In this document: one piece after another, positions 20,262-30,437 of the stretch | Position numbering within the stretch: the stretch's first letter is position 1 | Layout: each line of letters begins with the position of its first letter | IMG/VR virus record: IMGVR_UViG_3300047557_002769 | Location: 1 to 64,000 of that record | DNA length: 64,000 nucleotides | Reading direction: 5' to 3' (one strand) | From: a virus | Made by a program: the position numbers and the translations under genes | Notes under the pieces: model-generated | What the model was told of the DNA's origin: nothing | Databases searched by the model: none | The model's input: only the letters and a program-made list of their open reading frames with translations

Positions 20262-20477
20262 TTATTTCGTTAATAACTGTTTAAGCATCTGTTTAATCTC
20301 TGATACATCATTTTCTATTCTATCGATTCTACTACCATGAGTTAGTAGCTCAGTCATCATGCGCTTTTTGCGACGGTGCTCAAGCAGTGCTTGTTGATCA
20401 ACATTAAGCACTGCTTTTGACTCCATATCACGAACTAGATCTTTATGTTCTTGAACTTTAGCTAATATCTTAGTCAT
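20262..20477 (-). CDS. Small hypothetical protein
   Basis: LVRD...AVLN, C-terminal coiled coil; directly downstream of the DUF4815-like gene. Confidence 0.75.
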   Translation of the reverse strand: MTKILAKVQEHKDLVRDMESKAVLNVDQQALLEHRRKKRMMTELLTHGSRIDRIENDVSEIKQMLKQLLTK

Positions 20478-23400
20478 CTAGCGCAATAACTCTCAAGTCT
20501 CTAATCTGTGGAACTTTTGTAGTGTCAGATGATAGCATAACAATCTTAATAGCGAACGTCTTAAATCTATCACCATTAGCAAGTGCAGTATCAGTAGATG
20601 TTTTATATTTATACTCTACCCAGCCCGTTTCAGATGGTGTGCCAGCTGACTCAACAACCATTTCTTGCCATTCATTATCTTCAAAGAACGGATCATAGAC
20701 AGACGCGACTTTATAGTACACTTTAATGCTGGTGCTGGTTGGTAGATTGGCGAGCAGATAGGCCTTAAGATCCAGTGATTCGAAGCCCGGGGCTAGAGTT
20801 ACCTTACGGTTGATATACCTAGCTACCGCATTACCAGAATTAGCTAATGTTTCATTTGTTGAATCATTGTTAACAATGTTTTGGACTAAAACACTTGAAA
20901 GTCTATTAAGGTCGACTACAGGAGAAATATCTCTATTTTCAGTAGACATTACTACCTGCATTTGTAAATCAGATGGGTTGGTGCTTCTTACATGTTTACG
21001 CTCATCTAATGAGACATTTGAACCAGCTTGATATCTAACAAAGCTATCGGCATTGTTAGAGGTATCGGTAGTTTTGTAATAATATTCAATATTGGTCGCA
21101 GCAAAGTCAACCGTTTCACCTGATGCGTAGAATACATCGAATGGCACTGTACCATAGCCAGAAGGGATATCGGTATCCAGCGTTACAACAGCTGGTGTAT
21201 CAGTTTCAAATACACACTTGTTCAATTTAAATTGAATATCTTCTTCTTGAATCGGTGTCCAGGTGGATGCGTTTTGAGATTTAAACATCGAACCAATAGC
21301 AGGCTGTGTTGTAATTCTCTTAGTTACATCTGCTAACAGATTATCCCCGATTCGCGCAGTAAAAATTTCATACTCTGTAGTGTTGCAAAGTACTACAAAA
21401 GAATACTCACCTGGTGCGAGATACACAGGCGCATCAAATTTAAAATTAGTTGCTTCGGTTCCTGTAGTTGATATTGTAATATCATCAGGTGAAAGTACTG
21501 ATGTTGCAAACGGGAGTACGTCAACCGAAGAAGGATACCCGTTTACCGTAGGCCTGATCTGCACAGTAACCGGTAAAGTACTGGACTTAGATCGGAAATA
21601 CAGATCTAACGAATCAACAAACACACCATTTGGATACTGTTCTGCATCGACAAAAAAGGTCTGCGCAACTGGATCACTAAAACCTGGGGTTAAATCTCTA
21701 AAAATAGTAATCCTGCCCGATGCGCTGGCAGTAATACCCGATGATACAGTTCGCGCTGAATCAGTGTATAAGGTAACAGTACCGGAAATACGAATTGTAT
21801 AACTACCACCCCTGTTTGCTGGTACAAGAGCGTTAATTTGTGGTACCGCAGCTAAGGTTGTACTCCAGTCAGGTGCACCAGTTATTGATGAAAATGTAGC
21901 GTCGACACTGCTACTCGTGAGGGTTACACCTGCAATCGCAGCGCCTGTTGCATTATCAGTTACACTATCAATTGTAAGACCGGATATTCTTGCAAACCTT
22001 GGTGATGTTATATTACCAAAGATTAGTCGTCTCACAGTAAGCAGTGTGCTGACGGCTAAAGGTGTTAGTGCTATATTAACCGGCGGTCTGGCGCCACTCT
22101 CTCGAACGACAATAGTTCTATCTTGAATTTGTAGCCACACCGAACCGGAAACCGTAGGCGTCGGAGCAATGTTTGATGTTGGGCATACACCCGTAAAGCT
22201 CCATGCTGTTCCAGATATAGGCGCATCAACAATCAGTGTAGCAGTCGAAGGGGAGGCGAGTGTCTTATTAAATCTTAGTTGGCCTGAACCTGAACCCACG
22301 ACATCAGGGAATCCTAGAGCTCTCAGACGGCTGTTAAATGATGAGCTGCCAACAAAACCAGTTGTATATTCTTGACCATTCCAAATAATGGTGTAACGAT
22401 CTGGCACTGAGAATGCATTATAGTTAATACCACATGAACCGATATCTGAGCCGAAATTAAGCGTGAAGGTCTGACGGCCTACTCTACCGTTACCGTTTAC
22501 AGCCTGTCCACAATTGATACTTTGTGGTAGTGGTGGAGCTGGCGGCGGTGGTGGTGTAATATCAACGGTATTAGTCTGTGTACCTACCACGGCGGTAGAT
22601 TGTGTTGTCGTTGTTCGCCCTGCACCAATTTCAAGCACAGGGTTAATTGAAACGGACGCAACACGGGTTGCTACGATTGTCCTTTCCGTAGACTGTGACA
22701 TACCCTGAGCAACATACTTAGCAGCTGCCGCAGTGGTTGCTGCTGCACCTGGGGCGTCGTAAAGTTTAAATTCGCGCTCACCGGTTCTGAATCTTACATC
22801 TTCCGTGTTAGGTATAACGAATGCGCCTGCAATGTCACCAAGCTCGTTTGTCTTAAGTATTACATTACCGGAAATAGTACCAGTGTCAGTGGAGTAAATA
22901 ACCGTATTAGCTGTCGCCGTACCAATAGAGCTGCCTGACTCACTAAGAAAAGTAACAGCATTTCCCCCATAAATCAGACCTTCCCGCATGCTTACAAATA
23001 CACGGTCTGGTCTTGACATAATAATTCTGCCGCTAACAGACGCATTTGATGTTAACCGAATAGTCTTCGCGGTACTAGGAATCGTACCGGTAATAGTTAT
23101 TTGGGTAGCTGGCACGCAGTACTGTGTTACATCTATTCCATCAAAAGAAGCATTTAATGTAGTTGATGGCTTAAGGCTTTTTGCAGAAAAGTCTACAATT
23201 TTTGTTCTAATGAACGGTACTATAGACGTATCAACAATTCGCGTACCTATATCTCTGGTTATAGTGCGTGTAGCGCCAGTGGAAATTTCAGCACCGACTC
23301 TAGCAACAGTTTGATTAACTGTTGTAGTGGTTGTGTTAGTAGTAGTAGTGGTGGTGGTTTGTAAAGTTCTGCCTGCTACAGTTTGCGTTCCTACAGTTGT

Positions 23401-26400
23401 TGAAGTAGAAAGAGCATTTGTAACCTGTGGTGTGCCGTTTACAATGGTCTGCCAATCGTTCCATCTAACACCAGAAGCGGCTGGGTTGGTTACACTCGGT
23501 ACCAGCTGAGTAAAGACGTCATTCTCACCGTTAAGGTTAACTACAACATCAGGCTTAGTGTAAGTATCAACCCATGTATCTGTTGCGGGATTAAGAGTTA
23601 CAACACCATTCCAGTTGAATACAAAATAAGGGTTAAGGTTTACCCATGTAGATGCAAGAGGCTGATTTAAGAACGTCTCGGTAGTATAATCAAGCGTGAT
23701 AAGGTCATCTCTCTTTATGTAACCAGAACCGCTGTTCAACTTAAAGTTAAAGGATTGTGAAGAGAATCTTGGTCTTAAAACACGGTTTTCATAATCAATA
23801 GAACACTCATACTTAGGATTAGAAACATCCCCAACAGAATGCCCTGCAAACGAATCGACAACAATACCGTTCTTAAATCTGTCGAGCGTAGTTCCTGGAT
23901 CTACAATACTTTCGTCTTTTGCGGTCTTTTCTAATAAAGAAAGGGCTGTATAATACTCAAGTTTTTCAATACGTCGCTCAATACGGCCGATATCTCTCAT
24001 TGTATAACGTCTGTTATCGATGTATTGGAATGTGACGTCGTTAACAGTAGCAGTGTATGGTGCAATATCAATTAGATATAAAGACATTGCATCAGCAACG
24101 TCCAGCGGCACAACAGGAAACTCATCCGCGACACCATCAACTACTGTTAGCTTACGTTCCTTCGTTAACACTAGTCTTGCTTTGCGGCCTATGTAGTTAA
24201 AAAAGTCAGTTGTAATTCTTGTACCAGGTGCGCCAAAAGAACCAGATGAATATGCGGTAGCCCCGTCGTTTTGTCTGGGTCTAAAATCAAAACTATCACG
24301 TAAATTGTAAGTACGACCGGTTGAAGATGCAAAGATCGGAATATCTGTATATTCTATACCTGAGTTTGTATAAGAATCAACAGTAAGTACACCCTCACCG
24401 GTGTGGGTGAAGTAATCGAAATTAAATGTAACGTTAGCAATATTACCAGTATTAGCAGCGTAAATAGTTGCTGCAACATTGCTGTAATTGAATGCAGGAG
24501 AAACGTAGCCGGTTTTTAATGTAACAGAGCCATGATCATACGATATATCAGTTTGACCGTTATCAAGATCATAATAGTCTGAATAAGAAAAGACATTTGC
24601 CTGATCATCATATACTAGTACGGACGTCAGTGTGAAGATATCTGACTTGTCTAACGAAGATGTTTGAATTAAGTTAGCCCAATGTGCAATATTAGCCCCA
24701 CCAGTAATAACTTTTGTACCGCTGGTAAGGGTCTTAGTTTTAAAGGTCGGGCTTACAACAACAGTAGGTGCAGTAATAGATGCAACGAATGTTGAGTTAT
24801 CGCTGTAGCCACCGGTATAAGAAATGTTAATGCTGGTGCCTGAAACGTATTCTATCTCTAGGTCGCTTGGCTCTAATCTTAAACCAACAGGTATAGTTCC
24901 AGACAATACCGACGTGACAGTGACAATATAGGTGTTTTCTGCAAGCCCGGCATCAAATTGATGCGGTGAAGAAATATTAATAGGACCAGCGAATGCCAGT
25001 ACTGTATTAGATGTGAAAGTTACATCGCTAATAACTTTCAGTGATTCATAAGAGGTTTCAGAAGCTATAATATTTGCAACATACTGCTTAGGTAGCTCAG
25101 TAATATAAGCTAAATTTTCAGCAGTGGTTAGTGTTACAGTATTTGCACTATAGCTACTTAAATTAACATTTGAAACGAAAGCGCCTGCTAATACGTTTGT
25201 ACCTACTGCAACTGTACGAAGCGTCGCTATTGCATTAGCACCAATCTGTACATCGTCAATGTACAGCTTAAAAATGGTGTTAGAGCCAACAGTTGAATCG
25301 TAATCAATGTGTTTAATTCTAGCAGTTCCAATAATGTTTGCTGCAGAAAGATTTATGTTATTATAAAGATTAGCGACCGGGTTAGCGGTATAATCAACAG
25401 CGCCGTTAGGATTTTGAATATATACGAATTGCCCGTAATCAATGGTAATTGGAAATTCGTTGTTGAGAATAGCCGTTCTTGCTTTGCTCAGATCGAGATA
25501 GGTTGGCGCAATAGTTTCGAATTCATAACCGCGGACATAAGCCTTACCGGGTTCGACTCTTAGAGAAAGTAGCGTATTATCACCGTTAACATGCGGTTCA
25601 ACCTTTAAACCAAATGATTTAACAGTGTAATCACCAGACTCATCATAGGTTCTTCTTGCAAGTGTATTTTCTAGTTCTGAATAGATAGGCACCTGGTTAA
25701 CGTAAACCGCTGTACCATATACATATCTTGCTAGCTCAATGAAGTTCTCCGATGTGTTATCAGCAGCTTCGTCTGATGGTGTATAGTCGAAAGAGGTTAG
25801 GGTTAGTGTTATACTGTAGCGATTTGCGCCTGGTGCAGAGAAATTAAATGTGCCTCTAGCAGGGTCCAGTAAGGTCTCATCGTCTGATGTAGAAACGATA
25901 TCTTCAGTTATTTGAAGCCCAACTCTAGCAGTCGCTGATGTGTCATCAGTACCAATAATGGTAGTTTGCTTCTCGCAAAATACAAAGAAACCATTCACGT
26001 AATATACAGAGTCACCTATTGAAAAAGCAGTAGCAGTACCGGTAAAACTTGTTTCATCAACTAGTGTAAATGTATCTACACTGTTAGCAATATTTTCGTT
26101 TTGCTGAAATGGAATACCGTTAGTATATGTGAAATATATCTTGGATATATTATCTTCTATGTTGTTAGACACAGCAACAACATAGGCTTTTGCACCGGAT
26201 GTGCCGCCGGTAATTTCTGTATTAAGAAATACACTAACGTCAGTAGACAGAACTTTAACATAGTTAACCGATGCTGTGGAAATACCACCAGGGATAACTA
26301 CAGAACCATCCTTAAAGATATGATTACCAAACTTAGAGATCTGATTCTGAAGCAGAGTTTGAAGCTGTGTAAGCTCGCGTGCCTGCACAGCGTAACCAGG

Positions 26401-26475
26401 TCTGAATAAGATCTTATAGAACCCTTTGCGTTCATCAAAGTCATCGTGATAAGGGGAAACGTTTAGATCGATCAT
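20470..26475 (-). CDS. Large baseplate-associated structural protein (VrlC/DUF4815-like)
   Basis: PYHDDF...LFRPGYAVQARELTQLQ, RRYTMRDIGRIERRIEKLEYYT, DPVAQTF, SMFKSQNASTW. Confidence 0.88.
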   Translation of the reverse strand: MIDLNVSPYHDDFDERKGFYKILFRPGYAVQARELTQLQTLLQNQISKFGNHIFKDGSVVIPGGISTASVNYVKVLSTDVSVFLNTEITGGTSGAKAYVVAVSNNIEDNISKIYFTYTNGIPFQQNENIANSVDTFTLVDETSFTGTATAFSIGDSVYYVNGFFVFCEKQTTIIGTDDTSATARVGLQITEDIVSTSDDETLLDPARGTFNFSAPGANRYSITLTLTSFDYTPSDEAADNTSENFIELARYVYGTAVYVNQVPIYSELENTLARRTYDESGDYTVKSFGLKVEPHVNGDNTLLSLRVEPGKAYVRGYEFETIAPTYLDLSKARTAILNNEFPITIDYGQFVYIQNPNGAVDYTANPVANLYNNINLSAANIIGTARIKHIDYDSTVGSNTIFKLYIDDVQIGANAIATLRTVAVGTNVLAGAFVSNVNLSSYSANTVTLTTAENLAYITELPKQYVANIIASETSYESLKVISDVTFTSNTVLAFAGPINISSPHQFDAGLAENTYIVTVTSVLSGTIPVGLRLEPSDLEIEYVSGTSINISYTGGYSDNSTFVASITAPTVVVSPTFKTKTLTSGTKVITGGANIAHWANLIQTSSLDKSDIFTLTSVLVYDDQANVFSYSDYYDLDNGQTDISYDHGSVTLKTGYVSPAFNYSNVAATIYAANTGNIANVTFNFDYFTHTGEGVLTVDSYTNSGIEYTDIPIFASSTGRTYNLRDSFDFRPRQNDGATAYSSGSFGAPGTRITTDFFNYIGRKARLVLTKERKLTVVDGVADEFPVVPLDVADAMSLYLIDIAPYTATVNDVTFQYIDNRRYTMRDIGRIERRIEKLEYYTALSLLEKTAKDESIVDPGTTLDRFKNGIVVDSFAGHSVGDVSNPKYECSIDYENRVLRPRFSSQSFNFKLNSGSGYIKRDDLITLDYTTETFLNQPLASTWVNLNPYFVFNWNGVVTLNPATDTWVDTYTKPDVVVNLNGENDVFTQLVPSVTNPAASGVRWNDWQTIVNGTPQVTNALSTSTTVGTQTVAGRTLQTTTTTTTNTTTTTVNQTVARVGAEISTGATRTITRDIGTRIVDTSIVPFIRTKIVDFSAKSLKPSTTLNASFDGIDVTQYCVPATQITITGTIPSTAKTIRLTSNASVSGRIIMSRPDRVFVSMREGLIYGGNAVTFLSESGSSIGTATANTVIYSTDTGTISGNVILKTNELGDIAGAFVIPNTEDVRFRTGEREFKLYDAPGAAATTAAAAKYVAQGMSQSTERTIVATRVASVSINPVLEIGAGRTTTTQSTAVVGTQTNTVDITPPPPPAPPLPQSINCGQAVNGNGRVGRQTFTLNFGSDIGSCGINYNAFSVPDRYTIIWNGQEYTTGFVGSSSFNSRLRALGFPDVVGSGSGQLRFNKTLASPSTATLIVDAPISGTAWSFTGVCPTSNIAPTPTVSGSVWLQIQDRTIVVRESGARPPVNIALTPLAVSTLLTVRRLIFGNITSPRFARISGLTIDSVTDNATGAAIAGVTLTSSSVDATFSSITGAPDWSTTLAAVPQINALVPANRGGSYTIRISGTVTLYTDSARTVSSGITASASGRITIFRDLTPGFSDPVAQTFFVDAEQYPNGVFVDSLDLYFRSKSSTLPVTVQIRPTVNGYPSSVDVLPFATSVLSPDDITISTTGTEATNFKFDAPVYLAPGEYSFVVLCNTTEYEIFTARIGDNLLADVTKRITTQPAIGSMFKSQNASTWTPIQEEDIQFKLNKCVFETDTPAVVTLDTDIPSGYGTVPFDVFYASGETVDFAATNIEYYYKTTDTSNNADSFVRYQAGSNVSLDERKHVRSTNPSDLQMQVVMSTENRDISPVVDLNRLSSVLVQNIVNNDSTNETLANSGNAVARYINRKVTLAPGFESLDLKAYLLANLPTSTSIKVYYKVASVYDPFFEDNEWQEMVVESAGTPSETGWVEYKYKTSTDTALANGDRFKTFAIKIVMLSSDTTKVPQIRDLRVIALDD

Positions 26476-26481
26476 ATCTTT

Positions 26482-28668
26482 TTAAAAGCCTAAAACTGTT
26501 TTAATTGTTACTAACTGGTCGCCTGTTACATCAAAAGCTTCTTTGTTAACAATATATAGGAGGTCGCCTGAATAGAAATCTACATCTGGTTTTTCTACAG
26601 AAGCAACTACGAAGGATGTAGTATTATCTGTAATGGTAGCGCCAATTTCCGGTTCAATAGAGTTAACCATCTGTACTAGCATTCTATTATCTTCTACTTC
26701 AATCACAGTAAACAGACCGCCTGTGCTTGTTTGAATTAGTTGTGTATCGATAGGAAAACTACCACTGCTGAACGTACCTGTAATTAACCAGCACGCAGAA
26801 CCAGATAATTTTTTATAAAACTCTGTATTATTGTAGTCCTTAATGTTTTTAACAATACCAAGGCGTCTGTAATCATTAGCGGTTGTAAATCCTTTATTCT
26901 CTATCTTATACAGTTCGGTAGAGAGACCGAGCTTACTTGCAAATAATTCTCGAATTGCATTTACTCCATGGCCTCCGTTTGGAGGAATAATAGCTCGAGC
27001 ACTTGCACCTTTACCATTACCGGTTATAATAATTTCAGCATCGCTATAGCCGCTACCAGGATCAGTAATATTTATACGAGTTACTCTACCGTTAGAAACA
27101 GTTGCTGTGGCATTCGCACCAACCCCATCACCGGTTATTGTGACATTAGCTGTAGTATATCCGTACCCGTTACTAATCATTTTAATAGCGTAAATCGCAC
27201 CATCCACTGCTAGTTGTTCTACAGTGGTTTGTAGTGTGTCAATACCTCTTGTTGATAGGTCAACAATAACACGACCACCGGCACCATCTCCTACAACGTT
27301 AGCAGACGCATAGGTATAGCCAATACCACCATCAACAATTTGTACACCAGTAATCTGCCCACCAACAATAACTGGTTGTAAGTTAGCGCTAGTCTGTACA
27401 GTCTGAACAATAATATTAGCGTTAGCACCACCTGTAATTGTCACGTTAGGTGTAAAGAAATAACCATAACCCGGGTTTAAAAGGCCTACGCTTGTAATAG
27501 CATTAGATACCACATTTGCTTGTATTCTTGCAGTATTGCCTAGAAACTTTAAGCGAACCGATCCATTAAGAACAATACCAGATGTATGAACGGGGCCCGT
27601 TGATCCTGTTGTACCAGTTATTGTAGCGAGATAGATGTTATTAGCGTGATTAACTCTCGTACCAGCTGATACAGCGGTTGTAGCTGACCAGGCTACTGAA
27701 CTATAAGGTGGTTCGACAGTGACGTTGGCAGTAGTAAAACTATCGCCACTAACTAGAATATTAGCACTTACAATTCTCAGTTTATTTCCATCCTGATAAC
27801 CGTCACCGGTGACTTGTATAGAAGTATTTGCTGCAGTGTAACCGGAACCGCTCGCCTGTACTGCTGCACTAAGAATAGAACCGTTAGAGTAGAAGTTACT
27901 ATTGGTTGAGTTAAGAACCGGAATGTAATTAGCGGTTAAGAAGCGATTTCTAAGTGCATCTGGAATCTTATACAGGAATTTCCATTTATAGCCATCGGCG
28001 GTTGTAAATGGATCTGTTGTGGTTAAACTTGGTTTAGTATTTGATGCTACGCCGTTATTATTATCGAGACATTTATAAACATGAAAATCATCTGTTAAAA
28101 CATAAAACAGACATTCTTTAAGGTTAGTTTTGTTTGTCGAGCTAGCAGCTAACACAACAGTACCTGTAGCACCTGAGCCGGGATCACCATAAAAAGCCAC
28201 GTTGGCTGTTGTATACCCTATACCAGGGTTGTTAACAATAACTTTTGAAATAGCACCATCGCTCACTACAACCGAGACATTAGCATTCGATCCATTGCCT
28301 GTAATAACCGCATTAGCAGTTAAATTGGAATAGTTAGCGCCACCAGAAGTAATATTAACGCCTATAATCTCCGTACCGTATCGATCATCATACATGTCAT
28401 AAACAGTATTAGCTGTCCAATCAATACGTGGTATTAAATAAGAAGCCTCGCTTGGTATAATCTTTTTATAAAATACGCTAGATTTTCTAACCTCACGGAA
28501 ATTGTATTCATTGTTTATAGGCGTGGGTGGTGTAGTCTCATCTTCCCAGTCAGTAGCCTTACCTACGAATACATAGTAAGAAGACGTATTGAGATTAATT
28601 TCATTGATAATCGAATCAATGATACTGGTGCTATAAACGGGTGTTAACAGACTTGACATATTAGACAA
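26482..28668 (-). CDS. gp8: Baseplate wedge subunit gp8-like with inserted domains
   Basis: YVFVGK...W, RIDW, VYKCLDN, DGYKWKFLY, GHG...EL, DYRRLGIVKN, SGDLLYI. Confidence 0.85.
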   Translation of the reverse strand: MSNMSSLLTPVYSTSIIDSIINEINLNTSSYYVFVGKATDWEDETTPPTPINNEYNFREVRKSSVFYKKIIPSEASYLIPRIDWTANTVYDMYDDRYGTEIIGVNITSGGANYSNLTANAVITGNGSNANVSVVVSDGAISKVIVNNPGIGYTTANVAFYGDPGSGATGTVVLAASSTNKTNLKECLFYVLTDDFHVYKCLDNNNGVASNTKPSLTTTDPFTTADGYKWKFLYKIPDALRNRFLTANYIPVLNSTNSNFYSNGSILSAAVQASGSGYTAANTSIQVTGDGYQDGNKLRIVSANILVSGDSFTTANVTVEPPYSSVAWSATTAVSAGTRVNHANNIYLATITGTTGSTGPVHTSGIVLNGSVRLKFLGNTARIQANVVSNAITSVGLLNPGYGYFFTPNVTITGGANANIIVQTVQTSANLQPVIVGGQITGVQIVDGGIGYTYASANVVGDGAGGRVIVDLSTRGIDTLQTTVEQLAVDGAIYAIKMISNGYGYTTANVTITGDGVGANATATVSNGRVTRINITDPGSGYSDAEIIITGNGKGASARAIIPPNGGHGVNAIRELFASKLGLSTELYKIENKGFTTANDYRRLGIVKNIKDYNNTEFYKKLSGSACWLITGTFSSGSFPIDTQLIQTSTGGLFTVIEVEDNRMLVQMVNSIEPEIGATITDNTTSFVVASVEKPDVDFYSGDLLYIVNKEAFDVTGDQLVTIKTVLGF

Positions 28669-29089
28669 CAGTTAATGTCCAAGAAACCGCAATAGCTTCA
28701 TTGGAGCTTTTAGTGTATGGAGGAAATACCGATCTACAGACGAGTGTGCTATTACTAAACAAGCCTACTTCTGAAAGTGTACCGTTTGCATTGGCGTTAC
28801 CGAAGTTAGATGTGTAGGTAATAGCTGGGCCGATAACAGTCGCGTTCGTACTAAGAGCAGATCTGTCGATTTCGGTCTCTAGTTCTGTATCAGTGCTTAC
28901 AGCAGATGTCTCACCCACACCTACAGCGATAGAGTCCACCAATGCTGTATTTGCGGCAATTCTATTAGCAATAAACGTCTTACCTGCTGCAACTACCAGA
29001 TTAGGATAATCGCGAACAAGTTCTTTTTCTCCGTTGTCCAATATTCTTGAAATAGCTATTGAACCTACAACGTTAATGTAACTGTGCAT
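28661..29089 (-). CDS. Small baseplate/tail structural protein
   Basis: NLVV..GK, AVG.G, EVGLF, W-T-L-T end; position among baseplate genes. Confidence 0.65.
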   Translation of the reverse strand: MHSYINVVGSIAISRILDNGEKELVRDYPNLVVAAGKTFIANRIAANTALVDSIAVGVGETSAVSTDTELETEIDRSALSTNATVIGPAITYTSNFGNANANGTLSEVGLFSNSTLVCRSVFPPYTKSSNEAIAVSWTLTVV

Positions 29090-29099
29090 TTTTTACTCT

Positions 29100-30437
29100 T
29101 TAAATTACTTCGACTGTAAGCTCACCTGATAGTGAAGCCGTAATCTCATTATTAATTGTATAATTACCAAATAGTTTCGTACCTGCAGGATGTAGTATAT
29201 CAAGAACGGCTTGCTTATACTTCTTAAGCTGCTCGTCTAACTCAAGTACATAAGAATAAGGTTGATAGAAGTCCTGATCTTGTAGCTTAATATCATCACT
29301 TAGGAAGCCTTCGTTAGTAGCAAAGAAACCAGGGTATTTTGCTTTTGAACCTAGGAGAACTTCAATAGTAGCAGTATCACCGATAGCACCTGTGTCTTCT
29401 CTAGTATCATTAAAGAACGTTCTAACAATATCACCACAGTAAGAAAGATCCATGTACGGATCAATAGAGCTTGTAAATGTAAATCTATTAATATAACCTC
29501 TGTCAGTGAAACCGTCTAAAATATCAGAAATATATATGGTGTCACCAGATATAAAAAACACACTAGCATTAATTTGCTCTGCACCAGGTGCAAAAGAAAA
29601 CAAGAAGTTAGATTCGTAACCAATACCGAAGCGTATAAATTCTACTCTCTGAATTGTACCGGCAGTTCCTATCTCGGTTATTCTAATTACCGATCTTCTA
29701 CCATCACCGCTAATCAAGGTAAATGTTTGACCTACTCTAAAATTTGTACCACCGTCAAGAACATTAACTAAGGTGGTTGTAGCAATAACTATACCTCTAA
29801 ACGAACCGTATTCGATATAATTACCCGTTACAATAGTAGGGTTATTAGTATTATCAATGAATAGCTCTACTGCATCCGGGCTAGTTACTTCAGAACCTTC
29901 TATTGTTTCTATAACGTCACTCTTATCTTTAATAATAGTTGTATCAACAATTTGATCCTGAGATACTACATTAACTCTTTGACCGATAATAGCAGCGGGG
30001 TCCCCTGTCAGTACACGCACAAAAACTGATACCGGTTGTTGCCATTTACCATCCGATGCAATAAGAATACTTCTTCCCGGGTAGTAAAATTCTACTTTTT
30101 TGTTTAACAGTACGCCTAAAAGTACTGTAAAGCTTCTCTCGTTTCCTTTGTTACTGTATAAGTCTTTAATGTTCTTAATAAGAAGCTTCGGATCAGATAA
30201 CACATTAGACGGAAGTTGTGTAATGTAGTTCTTCTTAAAATACTGAATAAAACTATCTACTGTGCGATCAATATCGTTATAGCTTCTTATATTTTGTAAG
30301 AGTTCTTGAGGATACTGATCTTGTTCTAAAAAACGGTAGTAAGCCTGTAGAAAGGCTACAAACTGTGGATAGTCTTCCCTGATAAATTCAGGAAGCTGTG
30401 ATGGTACGAGCTGGGAAAGTTTATCTCTTATGTTCAT
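29100..30437 (-). CDS. Baseplate wedge protein gp7-like
   Basis: QLPEFIREDYPQFVAFLQAYY, KG..SF, SDGKW, LQD.DFYQ.YSY, HPAG. Confidence 0.8.
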   Translation of the reverse strand: MNIRDKLSQLVPSQLPEFIREDYPQFVAFLQAYYRFLEQDQYPQELLQNIRSYNDIDRTVDSFIQYFKKNYITQLPSNVLSDPKLLIKNIKDLYSNKGNERSFTVLLGVLLNKKVEFYYPGRSILIASDGKWQQPVSVFVRVLTGDPAAIIGQRVNVVSQDQIVDTTIIKDKSDVIETIEGSEVTSPDAVELFIDNTNNPTIVTGNYIEYGSFRGIVIATTTLVNVLDGGTNFRVGQTFTLISGDGRRSVIRITEIGTAGTIQRVEFIRFGIGYESNFLFSFAPGAEQINASVFFISGDTIYISDILDGFTDRGYINRFTFTSSIDPYMDLSYCGDIVRTFFNDTREDTGAIGDTATIEVLLGSKAKYPGFFATNEGFLSDDIKLQDQDFYQPYSYVLELDEQLKKYKQAVLDILHPAGTKLFGNYTINNEITASLSGELTVEVI

